The position numbers and the translations under genes are program-made. Below the pieces are notes generated by a model. The model was not told the DNA's origin. It was given only the letters and a program-made list of their open reading frames with translations, and did no database searches. A stretch of DNA of 32,400 bases from an uncultured Fimbriimonas sp. (GTDB lineage: Bacteria > Armatimonadota > Fimbriimonadia > Fimbriimonadales > Fimbriimonadaceae): NCBI GenBank assembly GCA_964251345.1, contig CAXUKB010000003.1:3873-36272 (forward strand), given 5' to 3'. Numbering within the stretch: position 1 is the stretch's first letter; every line of letters starts with the position of its first letter. Shown piece after piece: positions 16,338-24,336 of this stretch.

Positions 16338-17723
16338 TTACCTCTCCAGCATATTGATGACCGTTTCCGACATGCTGTCGAACGTCGTCAGCGCCTTGGC
16401 GGCGGCCTGGTAGGCGCGTTGGAAGCGCAGCAGGTTCGCCATCTCGTCGTCCATCGAAACGCCGTCGGTGCTCGAGATCTGCGCCGCGATCTGCGTCGTC
16501 ACCGCTTGCTGCGTGTCGACCGAGCTTTGCGCCGTCGACACCTGGTTGCCGACGCTGCTCACGATGCCTCCGTAAAAGTCGCTCAGCGACTGATTGCCGA
16601 GGGCGGCGACCTTCGTGTCGCGAAGGGCCGAGATCTGGGCGGCGAGGGTGCCGTCGCCGGAAAGGCCGCTCGTGCCGGAGGGGATCGCGCCCGGGTCGGC
16701 GGCGACCGCGGCCGACAGGCTCAGATCGAGCGCGCCCGTCGTCGTGGCGGGGGCGGTCGGCTCGGCGAAGAACGCGCCGCCGGTCGCGCCGGAAGAGGTT
16801 GTGCCCGTCGTGAACAGCGCGTTGACGCCCGAGCGCAGGTTGTCCGCGAACTGGTCGAGTTTAGCGGCGGTCGAGTCGATCGCTTTCGCGGTGTCGGCCG
16901 CCCCCGCGAGCGAGCCGCCGTTCACCGCGAAGGTCGAGGTGCCGTCCACGACTTGGCCCGTCGTGCTGTCGTACTTGCCGGAGATCGGGCGGGCGCCCGA
17001 CGGGCTCACAAGCTGGTAGCCGTTGAGCGAAACGGTCATGTTGCCGTCCCCCTTGGTCACCGTGACGTCGGCGTAGCCCGAAAGCTCCTGCACGGCGGAG
17101 TCGCGCTCGTCGAGGAGGTCGTTCGGCGCGGCGCCGTGCGCGGTCGCGGTGGCGATGTCGGTGTTCAGCTGCGCGATCTTCGTCGCCGCCGCGTCGATCT
17201 TGCCCAGGATGTCCTTCGTGTTCGCCGCGTTGTCCGCCTTCTGGTCCTGGAGGCTCTGGCCGAAGGCGTTGACCTTCGTGACGAGCGCCTGTCCCGCGGT
17301 CTGGACGTCGGACTTCGCGGACGCGCTCCCCGGACTCGCGGAGAGGGCCGACCACGCGTTGTTGAAGGTGTCGTAAGCCGCGCTGATCCCGTCGGTGCCC
17401 GGTTCCATCATCGACGACTGGATCGAGGTGAGTCCGGTGAGCGCCTCCTGCTGACGCCCGAGCTTCGACCCGGCCTCTTGCTGCCTTCCCTGGAGAAACA
17501 TGTCGCGAACGCGCGACACCGCCGCCACGCTGACGCCGGTTCCCACCGAGATCGTCTTGCCCACGGTGATCGTCGTGTCGGGCGACTGCGTAATCGTCGC
17601 CGTCCTTCGGTGATAGCCGGTGGTGTCCGAGTTCGAGATGTTGTCGCCCGTGGTGTCGAGCTGAGTCTGGTACGCCCGCAGGGCGGACGACATCGTCGAG
17701 ATTCCCTGGAAGGAGTAGGGCAT
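16338..17723 (-). CDS. flgK: Flagellar hook-associated protein 1
   Basis: TTGDNISNSDTTGYHRR, GTGV...VSRVRD, PNDLLDERD, GVSMDDEMANLLRFQRAYQAAAK. Confidence 0.95.
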   Translation of the reverse strand: MPYSFQGISTMSSALRAYQTQLDTTGDNISNSDTTGYHRRTATITQSPDTTITVGKTISVGTGVSVAAVSRVRDMFLQGRQQEAGSKLGRQQEALTGLTSIQSSMMEPGTDGISAAYDTFNNAWSALSASPGSASAKSDVQTAGQALVTKVNAFGQSLQDQKADNAANTKDILGKIDAAATKIAQLNTDIATATAHGAAPNDLLDERDSAVQELSGYADVTVTKGDGNMTVSLNGYQLVSPSGARPISGKYDSTTGQVVDGTSTFAVNGGSLAGAADTAKAIDSTAAKLDQFADNLRSGVNALFTTGTTSSGATGGAFFAEPTAPATTTGALDLSLSAAVAADPGAIPSGTSGLSGDGTLAAQISALRDTKVAALGNQSLSDFYGGIVSSVGNQVSTAQSSVDTQQAVTTQIAAQISSTDGVSMDDEMANLLRFQRAYQAAAKALTTFDSMSETVINMLER

Positions 17724-17729
17724 GGTCGT

Positions 17730-18203
17730 TTAGGCGGCGGCGTCCATGAGCACCGGGCGGCCGACGCGAGGACGGTACGGGGTGGGCGGCGAGCCCGCGG
17801 CCTTGGCGATGAGGGTCAGGGTGCCGTTCACGTAGGTCATCTCGTTCTCCAGCAGGGTCCGGTTCTTGTCCATCGTCGCCTGAATCCGGCGCGCGGTCAT
17901 CGTGACGCGGTTCGCAAGGGCGTGGAGGGCCTGGCCTTCGGCTCGGTCGAGCCGTTCCACGAGCGACCGCAGGTTCGGCTCCGCACCCAGCGACTCGGCG
18001 AGTCGATGAGCTTGGTCCACCGCCTGCGCATCGATTTGCGCAACGCTTGCCATCTGGGCTTCGAGCTGCGGCTGCAGCCGCTCGACTCGTCCCACGTCGC
18101 GGAGGGTGACCGCGACCGTCTGTTCGTGAAGGGTCAGGAGCAGGGTCTCGCTCGCCTTGAGCCAGTCCAGCCACCTCCCTTGGAGTTCTTTCGTTTTCAT
18201 CAT
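17730..18203 (-). CDS. flgN: FlgN-like flagellar export chaperone
   Basis: Start at 18203 (ATGA overlap with the upstream stop). Helical protein directly before flgK, with NRTLLENEMTYV and C-terminal MDAAA typical of FlgN. Confidence 0.72.
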   Translation of the reverse strand: MMKTKELQGRWLDWLKASETLLLTLHEQTVAVTLRDVGRVERLQPQLEAQMASVAQIDAQAVDQAHRLAESLGAEPNLRSLVERLDRAEGQALHALANRVTMTARRIQATMDKNRTLLENEMTYVNGTLTLIAKAAGSPPTPYRPRVGRPVLMDAAA

Positions 18204-18499
18204 TTCTTTTCGATTGCTTGCTTGAAGGCTTGCTCCGCTTGCGAGCGGAAGACCATTTTCGAGATGCCGAGCGTGCCGCGCTGGGCGAGGTGATCGGCGA
18301 CGGCGTCGTCCATCATCCCCTTGTAGGTGTCCATGCCCGGAGCCTCGCCTTCGAGATTCGTTTCCGTCACCGTTTTGTGCATGGCGGTCAGCATCTGTTT
18401 GAGGAAGTTGCTTTCCATGCCGTCGCACGCCTTCTTCAGCTCCTTGAGCCGAGGCTCGGCCTTGGCGACCGATCCCGCGGCGAGAACGGCGGGGAGCAC
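18200..18499 (-). CDS. flgJ: Short FlgJ (rod-binding domain only)
   Basis: LKKACDGMESNFLKQMLTAMHKTV...YKGMMDDAVA...LGISKM; located after flgI; no muramidase domain. Confidence 0.85.
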   Translation of the reverse strand: MLPAVLAAGSVAKAEPRLKELKKACDGMESNFLKQMLTAMHKTVTETNLEGEAPGMDTYKGMMDDAVADHLAQRGTLGISKMVFRSQAEQAFKQAIEKK

Positions 18500-19626
18500 T
18501 ACCGCACCTCCAGGCGGGCCTTGAGGGCGCCTTGGGCATGGAGCCCTTGGAGGACGTTCATCACGTCGCTCGCCTTGAGATGAAGGGCGCGAAAGATCGC
18601 GGCGAGGTCGGACACCGTGGCGTTCGGCCGGACGTTCGCGATGTGCGCCCGAGACTCGGTGACGTTCACCGTCTTCGTCGAGCCGGCCACCGTCGTACCG
18701 CCGGAGAGGGCTCCGGGCTGGCTGACGAAGGGCTCGTCGGCGATGTTCACCGACAGGCTTCCGGAGACGAACGAGCAGGGCCCGAGCCGAACGTCGCCGC
18801 CGATGACGACGGTACCCGTCTTCTCGTCGATGACGATTCTCGCCTCGTCCGCGACGAAGACCGTCAGGGACTCGACCTTGGCCATGATCGCGTTCGGGTT
18901 CGCGCCCGTCGGCACGGTGATCTCCACCGTGCCGGGGTCAGTGGCGTTGGCGCGCAGCTCGGGGTAAGCCCGGCGGATCGCCGTCTCGATTCGCATCGAG
19001 GTGGTGGCGTCGCTCTCCCGGATTCCGAGATACATCTTGTCGCCGAAGGTGTACTGCGTCGTCCAGCCTAGCTGGATCAAGCCTCCGCCGGGCAGCTTGC
19101 CCACCGTCGTGAAGCCCTTCGAGGCGCTGTTGCCGCCCGCGCCTTCCGAGAAGCCGCCCACCGCGATCGCGCCGGACACCGTCGCGTAGATCGTTTCCTT
19201 CGTGGGGTACTTCAGTTGCGCGCTAAGTAGCGTTCCGCCGCGCAGGCTCGTGCAGTCGCCGAGCGTGCTGGCGGTCACGTCGATCCGGCCGCCCGGCGAG
19301 GCGAAGGGGGGCAGGTCGGCGGTGAGGGCCACCAGGGCGATGTTCTTCGACTCGCTCTGGGTCGAGTCGACCTCGATGCCCAGGGTGCGAAGAAGGTTAA
19401 CCGCCGCCTTTTGGGTCTGCAGGTACTTCTTCGTGTCGCCCGTTCCGGCGAGGCCGGTGACGAGGCCGATGCCCACGAGCTGGTTCGGCGCGATGCCCTG
19501 GAAGGAGGCGATCGTCTTGATCGTCACCGGCACGCCCGGACCGTCGAGCGACGACTGCGACGGAGCCACCTGTCCGAGGCACAGGGACGCGAGGGCGAGA
19601 AAGGCCGGCAGGAACGCTTTCTTCAT
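18499..19626 (-). CDS. flgI: Flagellar P-ring protein
   Basis: Likely start 19626 (MKKAFL). NQLVGIGLVTGLAGTGD, KNIALV, SLRGGTLL, ARIVIDEKTGTVVIG, GALKARL. Confidence 0.95.
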   Translation of the reverse strand: MKKAFLPAFLALASLCLGQVAPSQSSLDGPGVPVTIKTIASFQGIAPNQLVGIGLVTGLAGTGDTKKYLQTQKAAVNLLRTLGIEVDSTQSESKNIALVALTADLPPFASPGGRIDVTASTLGDCTSLRGGTLLSAQLKYPTKETIYATVSGAIAVGGFSEGAGGNSASKGFTTVGKLPGGGLIQLGWTTQYTFGDKMYLGIRESDATTSMRIETAIRRAYPELRANATDPGTVEITVPTGANPNAIMAKVESLTVFVADEARIVIDEKTGTVVIGGDVRLGPCSFVSGSLSVNIADEPFVSQPGALSGGTTVAGSTKTVNVTESRAHIANVRPNATVSDLAAIFRALHLKASDVMNVLQGLHAQGALKARLEVR

Positions 19627-20291
19627 CAGAAGATCCATCCCAGGACGCGGCTGATCAGGCCACGGCGGGTCTTGTCGGCGACGGCGCCCTTGCCGTCCGC
19701 CTGAATGTCCGCGTTGGCGATCTGCGAGCTGGCGACGGTGTTGTCCAGGCTCACGTCGTCCGCCCGGACGATGCCGGTGAGCGTCATGTGCTGCGTCTCC
19801 TTGTTCAGCCGGATGTCGCGGTGACCTTCGACGCGAAGGTCACCGTTCGGCTCGACGTCGGTGACGACGACGCTCATCGTCGCGGTCAGGGAGCCTGATG
19901 AGATGGTGGAGCCGGAGCCGCTGCTCGCCTCCTTGCCGCCGACGCTGTTCGCGCCGAGCAGGGCGTTGATGAGCCGCTGCGAGGTCCCTCCCCCTAGGAC
20001 GCTGCCGAGGGCCGACTTCGACAGGGCGCCGACGAGGGGAATGCTCGAGGCGTCGTTCGACGCGGAGACCGTTTTCGCCGTCGTCGTGCTGGCCGCGTAC
20101 TGACCCTGCATCGACTCGTTGACGAAGATCGTCAGCTTGTCGCCCTTGTGAAGGGCGGTTCTCCGCTGGATCAGCCCCCGTCCCGCGTCCTGGTTCAGCA
20201 TCGAGCTTGCGCCGAGGCCCATAGGGCGCTGCGCCCAGACGGGGCGGGAGAGAAGGGCAAGAGAAAGAACAAAGAGGGAAGTGAGTTTCAT
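19626..20291 (-). CDS. flgH: Flagellar L-ring protein
   Basis: GDKLTIFVNE, VVTDVEPNGDLRVEG, LTGIVRADDV..DNTVASSQIANA; position between flgA and flgI. Confidence 0.92.
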   Translation of the reverse strand: MKLTSLFVLSLALLSRPVWAQRPMGLGASSMLNQDAGRGLIQRRTALHKGDKLTIFVNESMQGQYAASTTTAKTVSASNDASSIPLVGALSKSALGSVLGGGTSQRLINALLGANSVGGKEASSGSGSTISSGSLTATMSVVVTDVEPNGDLRVEGHRDIRLNKETQHMTLTGIVRADDVSLDNTVASSQIANADIQADGKGAVADKTRRGLISRVLGWIF

Positions 20292-21382
20292 AGCTTGACC
20301 TCGGCTTTGCCGACGCCGGTTACGGTGGCGGTGAGCGTGGTTCCGTCGCCGGTCAGAATCTGGATCGTGTCGCCGACCGTGCCGCCGGTCTTGGCCTTGG
20401 CGTCGGTCTCGACCGCCGCCGCGCCGTAGGCGACGGCGACGCGAATGGCGTCGCCCGGCTTGATGCCGTCGAGCTTCGCCTGAAAAAGAAAGTTGCGGTC
20501 CGCCACCTCGTGACCGTCCACGACCACGGTCGTCCGAACGGCGAGCTTGTCGCCATTGCGGATCGCTTTGGCGACGACCTTGAGCTCGCCCACGGGAGCG
20601 GTCACGGACGTCACCACGGGACCCGGAAGGGGCGTCGGCTCCGTGCCCCCTACGACCCGGCGCGCCTCGGCCAGGGCCACGTCGGCGAGGGTGTTCACCT
20701 CGACGATCTGGGCCTTGCGGGAGATCGCCACGTCGGGCGGGAACGACTCGATCTTGTAGTCGGCGTCCGTGAAGCCCGCGTCGTGGAGGGCCGCTTGAAG
20801 GGTCCAGCGGGAAAAGGAGCGGCGATTGCCGATGAGGGGCGCATCGCCCAGGTCGATTCGGCCAAGCCGTCGAACGTCGCGTGGATCGCCCGAGAGATCG
20901 GCGATGTCGCCCAGTCGGACGCGATCATTGTCGACCACGGAGCGGGGGTGGATCGCGATGACGACCAGGGGCGCGTCGTCCTGTGCGGACGATCGCGAAT
21001 CGCGGATCGCGGATCGCGTGCCCGAAACCAAGTCCGCCGCTTCCGTCCGCGCGGCCACGCCGCCGATTTGAATCAGGCCGAACGAACCCTCGCCCGGGCG
21101 GCCGAGGGAGCCGTCGGCCTTGCGGAGCACCAGCCACCCGGCGTGCCGTCCCGCCACCGTCACGTTGCCGTTCATCGCGACCGCGAAGTTGGCGTTCGAG
21201 ACTGGGATGTGGGGAAGCACCGGGTGGCCCGCCGCGTCGGCGAGAAGGCCGGCTCGGTTCGGCGCGAGGGTCGAGGCCGAGGCGTACATGAGATCGCCGT
21301 TCGCTTCGAAGCAGAGGCGGCCTTCGCCAAAGACGCTGATGCGCACGCCGACGGCGGTTAGGAGCAGGGAAGAGAAGATCAT
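20288..21382 (-). CDS. flgA: FlgA-like P-ring assembly chaperone with an extra N-terminal rod-D1-like domain
   Basis: VRLGDIADL..LGDAPLIG segment and C-terminal IKPGDAIRV...AKAKTGGTVGDTIQI...ATVTGVGKAEV (FlgA/SAF-like end); syntenic before flgH. Confidence 0.8.
   Translation of the reverse strand: MIFSSLLLTAVGVRISVFGEGRLCFEANGDLMYASASTLAPNRAGLLADAAGHPVLPHIPVSNANFAVAMNGNVTVAGRHAGWLVLRKADGSLGRPGEGSFGLIQIGGVAARTEAADLVSGTRSAIRDSRSSAQDDAPLVVIAIHPRSVVDNDRVRLGDIADLSGDPRDVRRLGRIDLGDAPLIGNRRSFSRWTLQAALHDAGFTDADYKIESFPPDVAISRKAQIVEVNTLADVALAEARRVVGGTEPTPLPGPVVTSVTAPVGELKVVAKAIRNGDKLAVRTTVVVDGHEVADRNFLFQAKLDGIKPGDAIRVAVAYGAAAVETDAKAKTGGTVGDTIQILTGDGTTLTATVTGVGKAEVKL
20991..21018. repeat. Intragenic heptamer repeat (RATCGCG)x4 in the flgA linker
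   Basis: GATCGCG AATCGCG GATCGCG GATCGCG, encoding RSAIRDSRS. Confidence 0.8.
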
Positions 21383-22203
21383 CGCTTGTGGCTCTCCTTA
21401 GAGTTCGGCGTAACCGGCAAAATCTCCAGGTAGCCGCCGATCAGCGTGCCGGTTCCGTTCTCTCCGGGGATGCCGCTGACCTCGTCGCCGCTATCGTCCG
21501 TCTGCGCAAAGCGGCCGTGGCCGAGCCGGCGGAGGCCGCTGGGGTTCATAAACGTCGTCAGCTCGATACGCCCCATCATTGAGGCCGCTTGACGACCGGC
21601 AGGGATCGCATAGACGTCTCCTTGAGCGGAAACGCTGATCGCGCTCGCGCCGATCGGGAGAGAGACTTGGGGATCGAGCGGGAGACCGTCGCGGGTCACG
21701 ACCTTGCCTTTCGCGTTCAGCCGGAAGTCGCCGTTCCGGGTGTAAGCCGGCACGCCGTCGGGCTGGAGCACTTTGAAGAATCCGTTGCCTTGGATCGCGA
21801 GGTTCAGGGGATCGTCGGTGCGATACAGGTTTCCCTGCATGACGCCCCCGCCGACGAACGGAAAGGCGATCGGGACTTTCGGGCCGAGTTCGACGACGCC
21901 GAACCCTCCCTCCCCCGGAAAGCCGATCTCCCCGTTCGGACGCTGAAGCACCAGTCGTCCGACCTTCCGGCCCGACACCGTGACCGTCCCGTTCATCGAG
22001 ACCGAAAAATTGGAGTGACCAAGGTGAACCTGAGGAAGAACCGGACGCCCCTTCGTGTCGCCGAGCAGCCCCTTGGCGTCGACCGTGAGGTTCGCGGCGG
22101 ACGCGAAGGCGACGGTGTGCCCCGCCGCGAAGCGGAGGCGTCCTTCGCCGAGGATGCCGACGTGCAGACCCGCCGAAGCCAGAAGAAAGGAGGTGAGGAT
22201 CAT
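21379..22203 (-). CDS. Chimeric flagellar protein X: FlgA N-terminal domain + FlgG central domain, lacking D0 helices
   Basis: Residues 1-107 align without gaps to flgA residues 1-107 (50 identities by hand count). The rest (RTDDPLNLAIQGNGFFKVL...AYTRNGDF...FMNPSGL...GGYLE) parallels flgG. Confidence 0.8.
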   Translation of the reverse strand: MILTSFLLASAGLHVGILGEGRLRFAAGHTVAFASAANLTVDAKGLLGDTKGRPVLPQVHLGHSNFSVSMNGTVTVSGRKVGRLVLQRPNGEIGFPGEGGFGVVELGPKVPIAFPFVGGGVMQGNLYRTDDPLNLAIQGNGFFKVLQPDGVPAYTRNGDFRLNAKGKVVTRDGLPLDPQVSLPIGASAISVSAQGDVYAIPAGRQAASMMGRIELTTFMNPSGLRRLGHGRFAQTDDSGDEVSGIPGENGTGTLIGGYLEILPVTPNSKESHKR

Positions 22204-22988
22204 CGCTTGAGTCCGTTCACGACGCTGAGCATGTCGTCGGCGGTCTGGATCGCCTTGGAGTTGATTTCGTAGGCGCGCTGGGCGGTGATCATGCGGGTCA
22301 TCTCGTCGACCACCTGCACGTTCGAGGTCTCGACGTAGCCGCCCATCAGGGTGCCGGAGCCGCTCGTTCCCGGGACCACGTCTTGGGAATCGCCGCTTGC
22401 CGTGGTGGCGGCGAAAAGGTTGCCGCCAAGACGCTGCAGGCCGCCGGGATTGGTGAATTGCGAGACCTGAATCTTGCCCACGGACGTGGCGCTCGACGCG
22501 CCTTGAAGGATCGCGAAGACCTCGCCGTTCGGCTGGACGCTGACCGAGGTCGATCCCTGCGGAATTTTGATCTCCGGGTCGAGCGACAGGCCGTCGGAGG
22601 TGAGAACCTTGCCGTCGGCGTCCATCTTGAAGGTGCCGTCGCGGGTGTAGGCGGCGGAGCCGTCGGCGCGCAGAACCTTGAAGAACCCGTCGCCCTGGAT
22701 CGCCACGTTCAGGGGATCGTCGGTGCGCTGGGGGCTGCCCTGGGTGAACACGCTGGCGGTCGCGGAAATCTTCGTACCGAGACCGAACTGGATACCCTCC
22801 GGCGTCGCGGTGCCGCCGCTCTGGGCCGCCGTCCCGCTGCGGATGGTCTGATACATGAGGTCCTGGAACTCGGCGCGCTGGCCCCGGAAGCCCGTGGTGT
22901 TGACGTTCGCGAGGTTGTTCGAGATGACGTCGAGGTTCTGCTGCTGGGCGACCATTCCGGTGCCGGCGGTGTAAAGGGATCGGAGCAT
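22200..22988 (-). CDS. flgG: Flagellar basal-body distal rod protein
   Basis: DVISNNLANVNTTGF, AEFQDLMYQ, YTRDGTF, FTNPGGL, ETSNVQVVDEM..MITAQRAYEINSKAIQTADDML. Confidence 0.96.
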   Translation of the reverse strand: MLRSLYTAGTGMVAQQQNLDVISNNLANVNTTGFRGQRAEFQDLMYQTIRSGTAAQSGGTATPEGIQFGLGTKISATASVFTQGSPQRTDDPLNVAIQGDGFFKVLRADGSAAYTRDGTFKMDADGKVLTSDGLSLDPEIKIPQGSTSVSVQPNGEVFAILQGASSATSVGKIQVSQFTNPGGLQRLGGNLFAATTASGDSQDVVPGTSGSGTLMGGYVETSNVQVVDEMTRMITAQRAYEINSKAIQTADDMLSVVNGLKR

Positions 22989-22993
22989 CGTGT

Positions 22994-23737
22994 TTAACCC
23001 ATGACCTCGGCGAGCTTCGCCGTGGACTCGTCCTGGCTCTGGACCATCTTCTGAGAAATCTCGTAGGAGCGCTGAAGGGCGATCATCTCGACCATCGACT
23101 GCACGGGGCTGACGTTCGAGGTTTCGAGCTCCCCGGAGGCGACTTGGACGTTGTCCTTGACGGTGGCGTTGTGGACGGCCGTGCCCTGGTAGAGGCCGGC
23201 GCCGCCGTCGTCCTTTCGGAAGTCGCCGACGGTGACCCCGAGGTGCGCGGCGAACTTGTCGTTCACGCTCACCGCGCCGTCGGTGCCGATCTGGACTTTG
23301 CCCTTGAGGCCGGTGATCGGCTTGCCCGCGTCGTCCAGCACGGCGTCGCCCGACTTCGTGACGAGGTTGCCGCGGACGTCGAGGGTAAACGCGCCGTTGC
23401 GGGTGTAGAGCGTCTTGCCCCCGTGCTGAACCGCGAACATGGCGGTCGTCGATCCGCCCAGTCGCACGTCGAGGGGATTGTCGGTCCGTTGAGCGGCGCC
23501 CGCCGTAAAGTCGGTGGTCTTGACGCCGTCCTGGGCTTCGGGACCGGAGGAAAGGGTGGCGATGGGGTCGCCATAGCCCGCGCCGTCCGCGAGGGTTCGG
23601 CGCATCATGTCGCCGAAGGTCAGCCGGTCGGCCTTAAAGCCGGTGGTGTTGACGTTGGCCAGATTGTTTGCCAGCACGTCCAGCCGCTGCTGCTGGGCGA
23701 TCATGCCGTTGCCGGCGATATACGAGCCTCGGTCCAT
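22994..23737 (-). CDS. flgF: Flagellar basal-body rod protein FlgF
   Basis: LDVLANNLANVNTTGFK, YTRNGAF, LETSNVSPVQSMVEMI..QRSYE; directly upstream of flgG. Confidence 0.88.
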   Translation of the reverse strand: MDRGSYIAGNGMIAQQQRLDVLANNLANVNTTGFKADRLTFGDMMRRTLADGAGYGDPIATLSSGPEAQDGVKTTDFTAGAAQRTDNPLDVRLGGSTTAMFAVQHGGKTLYTRNGAFTLDVRGNLVTKSGDAVLDDAGKPITGLKGKVQIGTDGAVSVNDKFAAHLGVTVGDFRKDDGGAGLYQGTAVHNATVKDNVQVASGELETSNVSPVQSMVEMIALQRSYEISQKMVQSQDESTAKLAEVMG

Positions 23738-23747
23738 CCCGAGATTT

Positions 23748-23755
23748 ATGTCGGC
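23748..23755 (-). promoter_or_regulatory. Possible sigma-28-type -10 element for the flagellar operon
   Basis: GCCGACAT (consensus GCCGATAA/T) 10 nt upstream of the flgF ATG; no canonical TAAA -35 at 15-nt spacing. Confidence 0.4.
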
Positions 23756-23807
23756 GCGCCTTTCCGTAGGAGGAGGGCCCGAAACCTCACAATCGACTTG
23801 AAGTTCC

Positions 23808-23918
23808 GCGGTGGCCCTCTTCCAGGAGGCATCTCTGAGCGCCGCGCCGCCATCCTGGCGGTGTCCACCGGCTGGAAGCCGGAGTTACAAAAGGATGCCT
23901 CCTAGAAGGAGGCACCAC
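23808..23918. repeat. Composite REP cluster (REPIN/BIME-like), four hairpins
   Basis: Plus strand: GTGGCCCTCTTCCAGGAGGCATC, then CCGCCATCCTGGCGG. Minus-strand doublet: GTGG TGCCTCC TTCTA GGAGGCA TCCTTTT GTAA CTCCGGC TTCCA GCCGGTG. Confidence 0.88.
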
Positions 23919-23919
23919 G

Positions 23920-24267
23920 TTACTCGTCGATGCGGCTGAAGTAGACCACGGTCACCGTGTGGCCGGGGGTGATGAGGTCGCCGTAGATGCGCGAGAGCAT
24001 CCCGATCACGTCGTCCTGCGATCGGAACTCGGGGTTCTCCCGCTCGATGTCGCGGGGCGAGAGCTCGGCGATGGTCTTGACCTCGACCCGATCGAGGATC
24101 GCGGAGTAGAGCTTTTGGCGGCGGCCGAAACGCGGCCCCACGGTGATCCAGACGACCATGCCGGTGTCGTACTTTGCGGCCTTGTTGCCGAGGCGGATCG
24201 TGACGGTCTTGCGGTTGTTGCGAAGGACGTCGCCGTAGAGGTCGGTGTAGAAATTCAGGGCGTACAT
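23920..24267 (-). CDS. ASCH domain protein
   Basis: ALNF...VLRNNRKTVTIR (GxKxxTxR-like), ELSPRDIERE, VTVVYF. Confidence 0.85.
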   Translation of the reverse strand: MYALNFYTDLYGDVLRNNRKTVTIRLGNKAAKYDTGMVVWITVGPRFGRRQKLYSAILDRVEVKTIAELSPRDIERENPEFRSQDDVIGMLSRIYGDLITPGHTVTVVYFSRIDE

Positions 24268-24336
24268 GACGAGGAAGGGTCCCTATTGTCCCCTACCGCG
24301 CCCGCTTCTGTTCTGCAAGGGGCTAATCTTGCCTTC

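Noticed and set aside
16221-18293. 690-aa plus-strand ORF beginning with EEGRRKK repeats
   Set aside because: Antisense shadow of flgK/flgN; its N-terminus is just the translated heptamer repeat.
18200-18499. FlgJ lacking a muramidase domain as a truncation
   Set aside because: Single-domain FlgJ is common outside enteric-type bacteria; both junctions are tightly coupled.
20247-20285. Purine-rich stretch in the flgH signal peptide as a heptamer-repeat insertion
   Set aside because: Periodicity is weak and is explained by Leu/Phe/Ser codons and 5' AT bias.
12505-23918. Recurring palindromic repeats as a possible CRISPR array
   Set aside because: Dispersed, in both orientations, with no regular unique spacers or cas genes; they fit REPs.
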